This document shows, piece by piece, positions 18,424 to 27,391 of a DNA stretch of 54,426 nucleotides (position 1 is the stretch's first letter; the number at the start of each line of letters is the position of its first letter). Made by a program: the position numbers and the translations under genes. Origin of the DNA: an uncultured Dehalococcoidia bacterium (lineage in GTDB: Bacteria; Chloroflexota; Dehalococcoidia; Lucifugimonadales; UBA826); assembly GCA_964652755.1 (NCBI GenBank), contig CAZZBP010000006.1, positions 1 through 54,426 on the forward strand, read 5' to 3'. The notes beneath the pieces were generated by a model. It saw nothing but the letters and a program-made list of their open reading frames with translations, was not told the DNA's origin and did no database searches.

Positions 18424-19746
18424 TCAATCTGGTGTAGCGCTCCAAACTGTATAGTTACCTCCAAGAGGCATAGGGCCTCCCGACACCGCGATTTCAGGTT
18501 TCACGCCGGTTACCTGTCGTGGACCGGCCCTGCCCTGCAGCTGTTGAATACAGTCAGTATGCATCCAGAATCGACTTCGCCCGCTCCCTATGTTCCCCCC
18601 GCTGGGAGAAACTGGATTAGGTCCTTCAATACTTATATCAGTCTGATAGAAATCTAGAGCTTCCCCAAACTTGATCCCCCTGTATCCTAGACCTTCCAGA
18701 TGGAACTGGTGAAACAGAGTAAATCCATCGTACATATTTTCAAAAGACAGATCATCCGCCGTAATTCCTGCACCCTCGTAAATCATTCTTCCCGTTCTTG
18801 CTGTATCGGCCTCCACTTCATCTAGAGTCGGTGTCATGCTCCGAGGTTTCGTTTCACTGGAAACATGGTTCATGACATAAACGGGTTTCTGTTTCATGTC
18901 CTTTGCACGTTCCGCCGTAGTAAACAAGTAAGCCGCGGCTACAGTAATGGGAATATCGTTGTCGAACAAATTAGCTGGCTTGGCAATCCATCTTGCAAGT
19001 TGGTAGTCCTCCGTAGTCAACTCTTCCGGCCTGTGCTGTGCCCAGTAACCCTCAGGAAACATCAAGCCATTCCTTCTCGAATTGGACATGAACGGCGCCA
19101 TCATATCGTGGGTTTTCCCGTATTTCCTGCAGTACTCAGCAAATTGGAGTGCCGTTCCATATGAAGCGGGAGCTCCCCAGATAGTCTTGATAGCACTGGT
19201 CCCATCTGTAGAATTGGCTGCGTTCTTACCGCCCTGGTAGTATCTACCTTCTAGGTTATGCCATGCCTTCAAAACCAAACAGGTGTGTGTCAGGCCATCA
19301 CCGACTGCCTGGGAGGCAACGTTTAAAGCGTTTGACATGCAGACGGGACCATACGCCGAATACCTTATATTAGTCAGTTCCGGCATATTCTTAAGCAACC
19401 ACTCATCACTCAACTTGGCAATACCATCTAATGGGTCACTAGTCTGGTTGAATGCATTGATAGCTTCCATGGGTAGAGGTTTGTCATCCGGCCAAAAAGC
19501 CCCAGTAGTTGTCACAGGTACAATTACGAGGCCATCCACTTGATCTGGAGATACTCCGGCATCTTCTATAGCCCTTCTTAGGGCGAGGATGCTCCACGCA
19601 CCAACTGATGTTTCTGGTCTTTCATCCCATCTTCGCGCCGTCGGAGAATGACCTACTCCGACGGCGGCCACTTTTCCCCTGTGTTCCCAAACACCAAGTC
19701 CCTCTTCGCTTCTGTACATTGATGTAGGAGCATTCTTCGTTGTCAA
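18424..19746 (-). CDS. Thiolase-like protein (SCP-x/Ltp2-type)
   Basis: KVAAVGVG, AIEDAGVSPDQVDG, MYDGFT, PVSPSGG and CIQQLQGRAGPRQV. Paired with a DUF35 gene. Confidence 0.85.
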   Translation of the reverse strand: MTTKNAPTSMYRSEEGLGVWEHRGKVAAVGVGHSPTARRWDERPETSVGAWSILALRRAIEDAGVSPDQVDGLVIVPVTTTGAFWPDDKPLPMEAINAFNQTSDPLDGIAKLSDEWLLKNMPELTNIRYSAYGPVCMSNALNVASQAVGDGLTHTCLVLKAWHNLEGRYYQGGKNAANSTDGTSAIKTIWGAPASYGTALQFAEYCRKYGKTHDMMAPFMSNSRRNGLMFPEGYWAQHRPEELTTEDYQLARWIAKPANLFDNDIPITVAAAYLFTTAERAKDMKQKPVYVMNHVSSETKPRSMTPTLDEVEADTARTGRMIYEGAGITADDLSFENMYDGFTLFHQFHLEGLGYRGIKFGEALDFYQTDISIEGPNPVSPSGGNIGSGRSRFWMHTDCIQQLQGRAGPRQVTGVKPEIAVSGGPMPLGGNYTVWSATPD

Positions 19747-19786
19747 ATTAAACTCCTTATTCTCCAGTCTGATTAAATCAATGGTT

Positions 19787-20197
19787 TCATTTCACCACTT
19801 TCCATTCCGGAATTTTCTGACCGTTTGCACTAACCTCAAAAACTATTTCTACATTGCCCCCTACTGGCACTTCGTCAACAGCCTCTCCTCGCAAATGCGA
19901 ATACATTTGTATCCCAGGATCTTCATCAAGCATGATTACGGCAACATTAAAAGGCTGGTCATCCTGAAGAAGACTAACGGGACAGTCGTGCACCACTCCG
20001 TAATTGTAGATCTTGCCCTTACCGCTCATTTGTACCCAGTTTAAGGTTTCCTCTGAACCACATTGACCACAAGTTGGCTCGGGGGGATGTTGAAGTCGGT
20101 CGCAAGCATTACAATTTTGTATTACTAGCCTGGATTCGTTGGCAGCCTGCCAGAAAGGTCGGGTCAACTCATCGGGTACTACACCTTGTTTAACCAT
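19787..20197 (-). CDS. Zn-ribbon/OB-fold DUF35 acyl-CoA-binding protein
   Basis: PFWQAA, CNAC...CGQC zinc ribbon, SGKGKIYNY and an OB-fold C-terminus. Confidence 0.9.
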   Translation of the reverse strand: MVKQGVVPDELTRPFWQAANESRLVIQNCNACDRLQHPPEPTCGQCGSEETLNWVQMSGKGKIYNYGVVHDCPVSLLQDDQPFNVAVIMLDEDPGIQMYSHLRGEAVDEVPVGGNVEIVFEVSANGQKIPEWKVVK

Positions 20198-20313
20198 AGC
20201 CTATCCTCCGATGGTAATTTATTTGAGGGTTTGTCTGATTCCCCTTTTCAATCAGTATCCTTTCAGATTTTCCGAGGAATGTTAACACCATTGACACGAC
20301 TCGCTTAAAGGAT

Positions 20314-21177
20314 TCACTGAGAATTATCTGTCAGGCCATTTAGTTTGGTTGATCGTTTTCGCCACGGAGAGTTCCTAGTGAAATTCATGAAGCTCTCATG
20401 TACAGGCGAAGCGGCGGCGATAATACCATCGGAATACAACCCAGCTCTATATCCGTTTCTATCAGTCACGACTCCTCCTGCTTCTTCCATTAAGACAAGC
20501 CCCGCGGCCTGATCATACGGCTGAAGCCCATGGTTAATATAGATATCAGACCTACCTGCGGCAACATATGACATACCAAGAGCGGATGAGCCCATAATTC
20601 GGGCAGTGTCTAGTCGGGGCCAAAGCTTTCTAAGCAATTGAATGGTGTTGATAGTCCCTTCGACGGGACCATTTGACGGGTCGACTCCCAAAACCGCGCC
20701 GTCAATTGATGGAAGTTCTGATACTCGAATCTGGGATTCATTCAAGTAAGCTCCCTTTCCCGATGCGGCATGAAACATCTCTTTATGGAGCGGATCATAG
20801 TTAACTCCCGTAATAACTTCACCGTCTTTCGCTAAGGCCACGACGATCGAAAAATATGGAATTCCGCGTGCGTAATTTTTGGTGCCATCTACCGGATCCA
20901 CAATCCACACCCAGCCTTCCTTCGGGTCATCGCCCTTTCCCTCTTCTCCAAAAACTCCATGGTCAGGAAAGTAATACAGTAATTCCGCTCTGATAAATTC
21001 CTCCGATTCCCTATCAACATTCGTAACAATATCGTTGTCACCCTTGTCTGATATTTCCTTTGTTTTTGGCCACCATTCCATCAGTATATCGCCCGCCTTC
21101 AACGTCACCGCTTGAGCGATGTCCCAAGCATTTCTACCGTCAGTTAATACAGGTAAATTCAACTTTGAATGTTGCAC
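20314..21177 (-). CDS. Inositol monophosphatase (SuhB-like) family protein
   Basis: GEE, WIVDPVDGTKNY, RIMGSSAL and QPYDQAAG motifs. GTG 21177 has GGAGGTG upstream. Confidence 0.9.
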   Translation of the reverse strand: MQHSKLNLPVLTDGRNAWDIAQAVTLKAGDILMEWWPKTKEISDKGDNDIVTNVDRESEEFIRAELLYYFPDHGVFGEEGKGDDPKEGWVWIVDPVDGTKNYARGIPYFSIVVALAKDGEVITGVNYDPLHKEMFHAASGKGAYLNESQIRVSELPSIDGAVLGVDPSNGPVEGTINTIQLLRKLWPRLDTARIMGSSALGMSYVAAGRSDIYINHGLQPYDQAAGLVLMEEAGGVVTDRNGYRAGLYSDGIIAAASPVHESFMNFTRNSPWRKRSTKLNGLTDNSQ

Positions 21178-21420
21178 TTGATAATCACCTCCTTCCAGTC
21201 CAACTATCTTCAAATTTACTGATTATGGCATTTACATAATAATTTGGCAGGATTATTCTCCAAATAAACGAATCCGATCTCATTTTTAGTCGTATATTTC
21301 ACTTAAAAGAGAGAATTGTATTTCATGAAGATTAAATTGTGCCTTTCTTGCCTTGAATCAGATTGACATCAAAATTCCCTAGTCTCCCCCTTGCGAGTTA
21401 TCAAAAGAGAGGTGTACAAA

Positions 21421-21666
21421 GTTAGGGTCCCTCAATGGCAAGAGGGAAGAACACTCCAGAGTCAGCCCGAGAATTGGGTTGTGGGGTTGGGAGAAACGGC
21501 GATAATACGACCCATCGCGTTAACCTTCCAAATGTATTCCGAGTGGCCACACCGAGCAAAAGCCGACACATAATCGGTAGAGCCGGAGAACGTACCGACT
21601 TAGCTGACAGGACCGCAACGGCGGATGATGGCGAGAGGCCCACAGTCCTCGTGCTCCCGCCCTAGC
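21421..21666 (+). ncRNA. Candidate structured non-coding RNA of unknown family, upstream of dnaA
   Basis: About 57% GC by hand count, next to an AT-rich upstream flank. Terminal helix GUUAGGG/CCCUAGC plus several nested helices whose G-U pairs only work on the + strand. Upstream TTGCGA-N18-TACAAA and a downstream T-rich tract. Confidence 0.5.
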
Positions 21667-21819
21667 TATAAAGCCTGTTTTCTTTTATCGACAAACGGGT
21701 AACGGAAAATAAGCGGGACCAGGGCCTTGAAACGTTTGCCTAGAATAGACGTTACAGGCCTTGCGGAAACACTCAGTTCGACTTCTTGAAAAAAGAAGTT
21801 TTAAAACCTTGGGTCCCTT

Positions 21820-21828
21820 TGTGCAAAA
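21820..21828 (-). promoter_or_regulatory. DnaA box upstream of dnaA (possible autoregulation)
   Basis: TGTGCAAAA is the reverse complement of a perfect TTWTNCACA match. A 1-mismatch box, TTATCGACA, lies at 21685-21693. Confidence 0.45.
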
Positions 21829-21851
21829 AAGCACCGTGAAAACTTGAATTA

Positions 21852-23255
21852 ATGGCTTCTGGAACTAACCAGCAGGCCGCGAGACTATGGCAGGCTGTTC
21901 TCGGTAAGATCGAGATGGCCATTCCGCGACCTAGCTTTGATACTTGGATAGCAGGCTCAGTCGGCGTCTCTTATGATGACGGCGAACTGCGAGTGTCTGT
22001 AAAAGACGCCTTTACGGCTAAATATCTGGAAGATAGATTGGTAGGGATAATTGAGACCGAGTTACGAAACGTCGGCGGAGAAGGCAACCATGTCACCTTC
22101 ATGGTAAATGGAGAACGCGCTCCAGTAAATACGGGCTATGGAGGCCATGAACAACCGGCGACTATCACCAATGGTCGGCCATCCACTGACGACCACTCCC
22201 TGCAACCGGAGAAAGGGCGGTTTTACTTACGTAGACCAGAGCTGAATTCACGTTACACATTTGATAGCTTCGTCGTGGGAGACTCAAACGAACTAGCCTA
22301 TGCTGCTGCCAAGGCTTCCTCTGAATCACCTGGCCACGCATTTAATCCTCTTGTCTTGTATTCAGGAGTCGGGCTGGGGAAAACACACTTACTTCATGCT
22401 ATCGGACATGTGGTTCGCAGCCAGGGCCTAGAGTGTGTCTACACAACCTGCGAAGAATTTACTAACCAGTATGTTAGCGCTATTCAACAGGGAAACACTG
22501 AACAGTTTCGCGACATGTATCGTTCTGCCGATGTTTTGCTTTTAGACGACATCCAATTCCTTATAGCGAAAGAGCAAACCCAAGAGGGGTTTTTCCATAC
22601 TTTCAACGCTTTACATATGGCAAATCGCCAGATAGTTATTACTAGTGATCGACCAATCGCTTCCCTCAGCGTACTTGAACCCCGCATAACATCTCGGCTA
22701 ATGGGAGGCCTAGTTGCCGATATCCAGTCCCCGCCTCTTGAAACCAGGCTCGCCATACTTCAGTCCAAAGCAAAACAACTTAAGTGCCACATTCCCACTG
22801 AGGTTTTGGAATTCTTAGCACAGCGGATACAATCCAATATAAGGGAATTAGAGGGAAACCTTAATCGGGTAGCGGCCTGGTCTCAATTCCGGGACGTGGA
22901 AATCACGATAGAGGATGTAGCCCGGATCACGGCTGGTACTTTGGGTCAGGGACGTGGAATAACAATAACTGACACAACAGTGATCTCAGCTGTCTCTAAT
23001 CATTTCGGGGTCGCCGCTGATCAGATCAAAGGGAAAAGTCGGCGTAAAATGACGGTCCTTTGCCGCCAAGTTGCTATGTACCTTCTTCGTGAAGAGACCA
23101 GTCTCAGTTTAAATGCTATTGGCAAACTCCTAGGAGGTAGAGATCACTCAACAGTCTTGCACGGCCACGAGAGGGTATCTTCACGCATAGAATTAGACGA
23201 TAGTCTTCGGGGAGATGTCTTAAAAATTCGGAATTCGCTATTGGGCGGATCGTAA
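21852..23255 (+). CDS. dnaA: Chromosomal replication initiator DnaA
   Basis: YTFDSFVVGDSN, Walker A GVGLGKTHL, LLLDDIQF, QEGFFHTFN, NIRELEG and domain IV GGRDHSTVLH. Confidence 0.98.
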   Translation: MASGTNQQAARLWQAVLGKIEMAIPRPSFDTWIAGSVGVSYDDGELRVSVKDAFTAKYLEDRLVGIIETELRNVGGEGNHVTFMVNGERAPVNTGYGGHEQPATITNGRPSTDDHSLQPEKGRFYLRRPELNSRYTFDSFVVGDSNELAYAAAKASSESPGHAFNPLVLYSGVGLGKTHLLHAIGHVVRSQGLECVYTTCEEFTNQYVSAIQQGNTEQFRDMYRSADVLLLDDIQFLIAKEQTQEGFFHTFNALHMANRQIVITSDRPIASLSVLEPRITSRLMGGLVADIQSPPLETRLAILQSKAKQLKCHIPTEVLEFLAQRIQSNIRELEGNLNRVAAWSQFRDVEITIEDVARITAGTLGQGRGITITDTTVISAVSNHFGVAADQIKGKSRRKMTVLCRQVAMYLLREETSLSLNAIGKLLGGRDHSTVLHGHERVSSRIELDDSLRGDVLKIRNSLLGGS

Positions 23256-23256
23256 A

Positions 23257-23910
23257 GTGAACCTTGTCTTAGTTCGTCATGGCGAGACTGAAGCCAATCT
23301 TACCATGCGCTGGTCAGGATCAAAGGATCTCACCATAACAAATTTGACGGACATTGGACGTATGCAGGCTACCAAACTAGGCCGTTGGTTCAAGGATCGG
23401 AGATTTACACCTACTCACGTATATTCAAGTCCACAAAAAAGAGCATACGACACTGCCCATTTAGCTGGCGGGCAGTGGGGTTTACCCATCACCAAAATGG
23501 AAGACCTACGGGAAACAGGTGCAGGAATCTTTGAGGGAATGACTTGGCCGGAGATTGAGGATCAGTATCCTAAAGAAGCAGAGCTGTTCCGAGACTCCCG
23601 AAACTGGTCATTCATCCAAGATGCTGAAAGTGAGCAAGGCCGTCGCGAACGGGGATCGCGGGTGTTACGCTACGTCATAGATAACCATTCAAACAACGAC
23701 ACAGTTGTCATGTTTGCCCACGCCGGCATCATACAGCAGGCCGTCAGCGCGATATTTGAATCACCCCGTTTGTGGGGACTTGCTGCGAGAAACACTGCAC
23801 TTTATGAATTCGCGATTGACGTAGAACATTGGGACGAAAACTCAAGTGTTAGGTCTAACCCTACAGCCTGGCGCATATTAAGATTCAACGAGCAGCCACA
23901 TCTGAGTTAG
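23257..23910 (+). CDS. Histidine phosphatase family protein
   Basis: LVRHGET, YSSPQKRA, LRE and AHAG. Starts 1 nt after the dnaA stop. Confidence 0.9.
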   Translation: MNLVLVRHGETEANLTMRWSGSKDLTITNLTDIGRMQATKLGRWFKDRRFTPTHVYSSPQKRAYDTAHLAGGQWGLPITKMEDLRETGAGIFEGMTWPEIEDQYPKEAELFRDSRNWSFIQDAESEQGRRERGSRVLRYVIDNHSNNDTVVMFAHAGIIQQAVSAIFESPRLWGLAARNTALYEFAIDVEHWDENSSVRSNPTAWRILRFNEQPHLS

Positions 23911-23941
23911 TTCAGCTCACATCGCCTTGTTGATTCAAATA

Positions 23942-24601
23942 TCAGACTAGGTGACTTGAATCAGCAAACCGGCGAACCTCGAACCCACCAACATTCTGCG
24001 CTGATCCTCCCTGAGACCCTCTCAAGGAATTCGTTATGTCCCAAGCGTTGGGATCGATTCGGAAGTCAAAAACAGACGTGTTCGGTATTCGAAGCGCCCA
24101 CACCCTGTTCGTACCCATAATCACTGCTGTGATGAACATCATCAAGCCACTATGAGTGAAAGCTACTATTTCGTCATCTTTGTTATGGCCCTTGACAATG
24201 AAATCAACAACTGTCTGTGCACGTTTTCGGAAATCAAATCGTGACTCTGCGTTAGGCACAGAATTAAAACTACCAGTTCTTTGAAACTCTTGTGCAACTT
24301 CTGGATATTCCTTACGAATCTCATCCATAGTCTTTCCCTCGAAAATACCAGCTCCGCCTTCTTTCAAATCATCTATGGTGATAATTCTTTTAGCAGGCAT
24401 CACAATCTCAGCAGTGCCCAAGGCCCTTCTGAGCGGACTAGCGTAGACGAACCGGGGATCAAATTTTTCCTCGTTGAATCGACCTCTTAGTAGTTCAGCC
24501 TGCCGTCGTCCTTCGGCAGATAAATCAAAATCCAGTTGACCTTGCCATCTACCTTCCGCGTTGGCTACGGACTGACCATGTCTAACGATAACCACTCTCA
24601 A
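23942..24601 (-). CDS. Histidine phosphatase family protein
   Basis: IVRHGQS, YASPLRRA, LKE and THSG. Confidence 0.9.
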   Translation of the reverse strand: MRVVIVRHGQSVANAEGRWQGQLDFDLSAEGRRQAELLRGRFNEEKFDPRFVYASPLRRALGTAEIVMPAKRIITIDDLKEGGAGIFEGKTMDEIRKEYPEVAQEFQRTGSFNSVPNAESRFDFRKRAQTVVDFIVKGHNKDDEIVAFTHSGLMMFITAVIMGTNRVWALRIPNTSVFDFRIDPNAWDITNSLRGSQGGSAQNVGGFEVRRFADSSHLV

Positions 24602-24631
24602 TATTTCTTCTCTCCCACTCGATTTGGCATA

Positions 24632-26101
24632 TTACTGACTGTGCAAGGACCTATCTGTTGGCGTTGTAGCCACAAGTATTGTAGCCACAATCATAAGGCC
24701 AATAGATATCTGAAACGCTTTTGTCATCGCAGACACATAAGCGACGCGAAGTCCAATATCCTTAAGCTTCTCTGTATCGGATAGGTCGGCATCGTAACCC
24801 ATCGTTCCCATCACCAAAACTACTACAGCTGTAGGAACTGCAATTCCAACAACATGCGCACCGTTCCGGGTAAGGTTAAGAAAGGCGGAAACTATTCCGT
24901 ACCTTTCTCTACCAGCGGCCCCTAACATCACGCTAGCGTTCGGCGCCATGAAAATACTCATACCCGTCCCCGAAATAGCGGATGCTACAGCCACAACCAT
25001 AGGATTACTCTCAAGCGTAATGGTTGAATATAGATACATAGACACGATCGCCAGAATCATTCCTAAAGTTGAAGGAATCCTTGTTCCTATCCGGTCCCCT
25101 ATTTTACCGCTGATAGGACCAAACACCGACATCGAAACAGCCGCCGGCAGTAAATACAGTGCGGCTTCTGCAGTCGTCATTCGCAACCCAGATACTAGGA
25201 AAAATGGCATAAGAAAAAATGTGGCGGAGCTGGCACAAAAACATAGAAACCTAGATATTGCCCCCAGAGAAAATGCCGCCGAACTGAACAAGGAAAGAGG
25301 AAGCATAGGGACGGGGCACCGTCTTTCCCAAAGAAGAAATCCCACAAAGACTGTAATTGAGAGAAAAAAGCTCCCATATATTACAGGAGATCGCCACCCC
25401 AAATCGTTGGCGAAAGTAATCGCAACCATTACCAGGAGGAGAAATGCCGCAGATAATACAGTTCCACCCCAGTCTAGTTGTCCCAAGCTACGGTGCCCTG
25501 TTCCACTCTCACTTTGATCTTCCTGCAACACTATTGTCGCAATCAGTGCGGACAGCAGGCTAAACGCGGCGATAAATACAAATATGGCCCGCCAATCTAA
25601 GAGGCTGTCTATCCCTCAACCCACAACCGGACCGCCTACTGCCCCTATTCCCACTACTGTCATATGCAATCCAGCTGCCCTACCTCTCTCACTATCAGGA
25701 AATGCCCTCGCAATCATAGCCATACCGTTTGCCTGGGCCACAGACGCGCCAACTCCCATAAGAATCTTTCCAGAGAGCACCATGGCAAAATTACTGGAAA
25801 ACGAGGTGACCAGCGAAGCCGCAGCAAAAAGAACCAATCCCCATATCCACACCCGGCGTCTACCCAACATGTCAGCTATAGCTCCCGCAGGCATCATCAA
25901 TGCGCTTACACAAAGCATATACCCGATAGCTAACCACTGGACCGTGGGAATATCCGTACCAAAATCCTCGGCTATGCGAGGAATAACTATAGAGGTCGCT
26001 GACTGCTCCAAGACCGATATAAAGGTACCTGTGGATACGGCACCATAAATCCACCAGCGATAAGTAGGTTTGGACGCTAACGATAACAACGGGAAATTCA
26101 A
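24632..26101 (-). pseudogene. DHA2-type (14-TM) MFS transporter interrupted by one in-frame TGA
   Basis: ORFs 25616-26101 and 24632-25531 share a frame. Read-through gives GGPVVG*GIDSLLDWRAIF, with TGA at 25618-25616 in place of the conserved Gly. Confidence 0.85.
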
Positions 26102-26137
26102 AGAGCGGTAACCCTTTCTCTTTAGAATCTAAATGAT

Positions 26138-26707
26138 CTAAGACACAACCGATATATTTCCTTCTACATCAGCGGCCAATATACTTTGGAAGTCATAACC
26201 ACGACGGGTACACTCCTCACTCCCGCCCGCCATGCGATCCATAATTGACAGTACCTTTACCACTTCGCATCCTTCTGCCTCTACAGCATCGATTGCATGG
26301 AACAAGCTAGCCCCGGAGGTACACGTGTCATCAACCACAGCCACCCTCATCCCTTTTCGCAAAGGACCTTCTACCGCACGCATACTCCCGTGGAATTTTG
26401 CGTCCTTGCGAACTATCAAAGCAGAAACAGGAAATTCCTTTATGTAACTCATGACAGCTACCGCGGCAACAATAGGATCTGCTCCGAGTGTCGGACCGGC
26501 AATAGCTTCCGCCCCACAATGCTTGAGAATTGGCAGAAAACACTCCGCCGTGAGATAGGCTCCCTCCGGATCCAAAGTTAGCAATCTGCCGTCGAAATAA
26601 TAGGGGCTGATGCCTCCAGCGGACAACTTGAACTCCCCAAAGAGCAACGCTTTTCTTTCCTTTGCTACTTGAAGCAGTCGTTGCTCGGGTTTCTGCAATT
26701 CAGACAT
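26138..26707 (-). CDS. pyrE: Orotate phosphoribosyltransferase
   Basis: GEFKLSAGGISPYYFD, IVRKDAKFHG and the PRPP-binding motif VAVVDDTCTSGAS. Confidence 0.93.
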   Translation of the reverse strand: MSELQKPEQRLLQVAKERKALLFGEFKLSAGGISPYYFDGRLLTLDPEGAYLTAECFLPILKHCGAEAIAGPTLGADPIVAAVAVMSYIKEFPVSALIVRKDAKFHGSMRAVEGPLRKGMRVAVVDDTCTSGASLFHAIDAVEAEGCEVVKVLSIMDRMAGGSEECTRRGYDFQSILAADVEGNISVVS

Positions 26708-26791
26708 GGACTACTCCAAAATACGAAATAGGTGAACCTACCGATTGTAACCCAACACCTTGCTTCGATTTTTTAGAACTAAAGTGGTTCC

Positions 26792-27388
26792 CTATGTATA
26801 CAAACCGTTCGATCGTATAAATTCTTCAACTGGAGGGCATACTCCCTCAACATCCTGTCCTTCGAGTACACGCCGCCGTATCTCTGTTGAAGATATCATC
26901 GGTGTGTCCGCTATAACTAATTCTATCTGACCCACCGATCTGTCTATTGGCAAAGAATAGAAATCTGACAAATCAGAGCCTGGTCTCGTAATCGCCGCCA
27001 CTCTACACTCAGACAAGAAAGCGGCAGGGTCGTGCCATCTTGGAATTGTCAAAACCGCGTCCATCCCCAGTATGACGACTACATTCCCGCAGTTTGATCC
27101 GAGTTCCCTTGCCGTGTCTAACGTATATGATGGTCCATCCCGTATAATCTCTGCGTCAGAAATCTTGAACACGTTGACACTTTCATATAACAAAGCTAAC
27201 CGGACCATTTCCTGTCGCTGTGCTGCGGGAGTTACATTCCAACTAACGGATTTCAAATAGGGATCTCCTGCCGGGACAAAGATCACCTCATCCAGTTCTA
27301 ATGCCTTCATAGCGGCTTGGGCCGCAGCTATATGCCCTTCATGGATTGGGTCAAATGTTCCTCCAAACAAGCCCACCAACGTTCCCAC
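26792..27388 (-). CDS. nadD: Nicotinate-nucleotide adenylyltransferase
   Basis: GLFGGTFDPIHEGH, GPSYTLDT, ILGMD, W and ISSTEIR. Confidence 0.95.
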   Translation of the reverse strand: MGTLVGLFGGTFDPIHEGHIAAAQAAMKALELDEVIFVPAGDPYLKSVSWNVTPAAQRQEMVRLALLYESVNVFKISDAEIIRDGPSYTLDTARELGSNCGNVVVILGMDAVLTIPRWHDPAAFLSECRVAAITRPGSDLSDFYSLPIDRSVGQIELVIADTPMISSTEIRRRVLEGQDVEGVCPPVEEFIRSNGLYT

Positions 27389-27391
27389 TAT

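Noticed and set aside
21435-21665. 76-aa ORF with faint ribosomal protein L28 resemblance (MAR...G...NTTHRVNLPNV)
   Set aside because: Lacks the GNxxSH core and the strongly basic composition, has no well-placed RBS, and overlaps the foldable element. Probably chance, though not excluded without an HMM search.
21421-21666. Assignment as RNase P RNA, cobalamin riboswitch (AAGAGGGAA, GCCAC, GAGCCGGAGAAC), SRP RNA or group II intron domain V
   Set aside because: Each matches only short words. The defining pairings are missing (RNase P P4, riboswitch P3-P6, SRP GGAA loop with AGCAG, intron D5 helix).
21214-21851. oriC next to dnaA
   Set aside because: Only one perfect and one near-match DnaA box were found, with no box cluster. 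Not enough to call an origin.
25616-25618. TGA recoding (Gly under genetic code 25, or selenocysteine)
   Set aside because: Many intact genes in the window end in TGA, the position is a Gly rather than a Cys site, and no SECIS-like context is evident.
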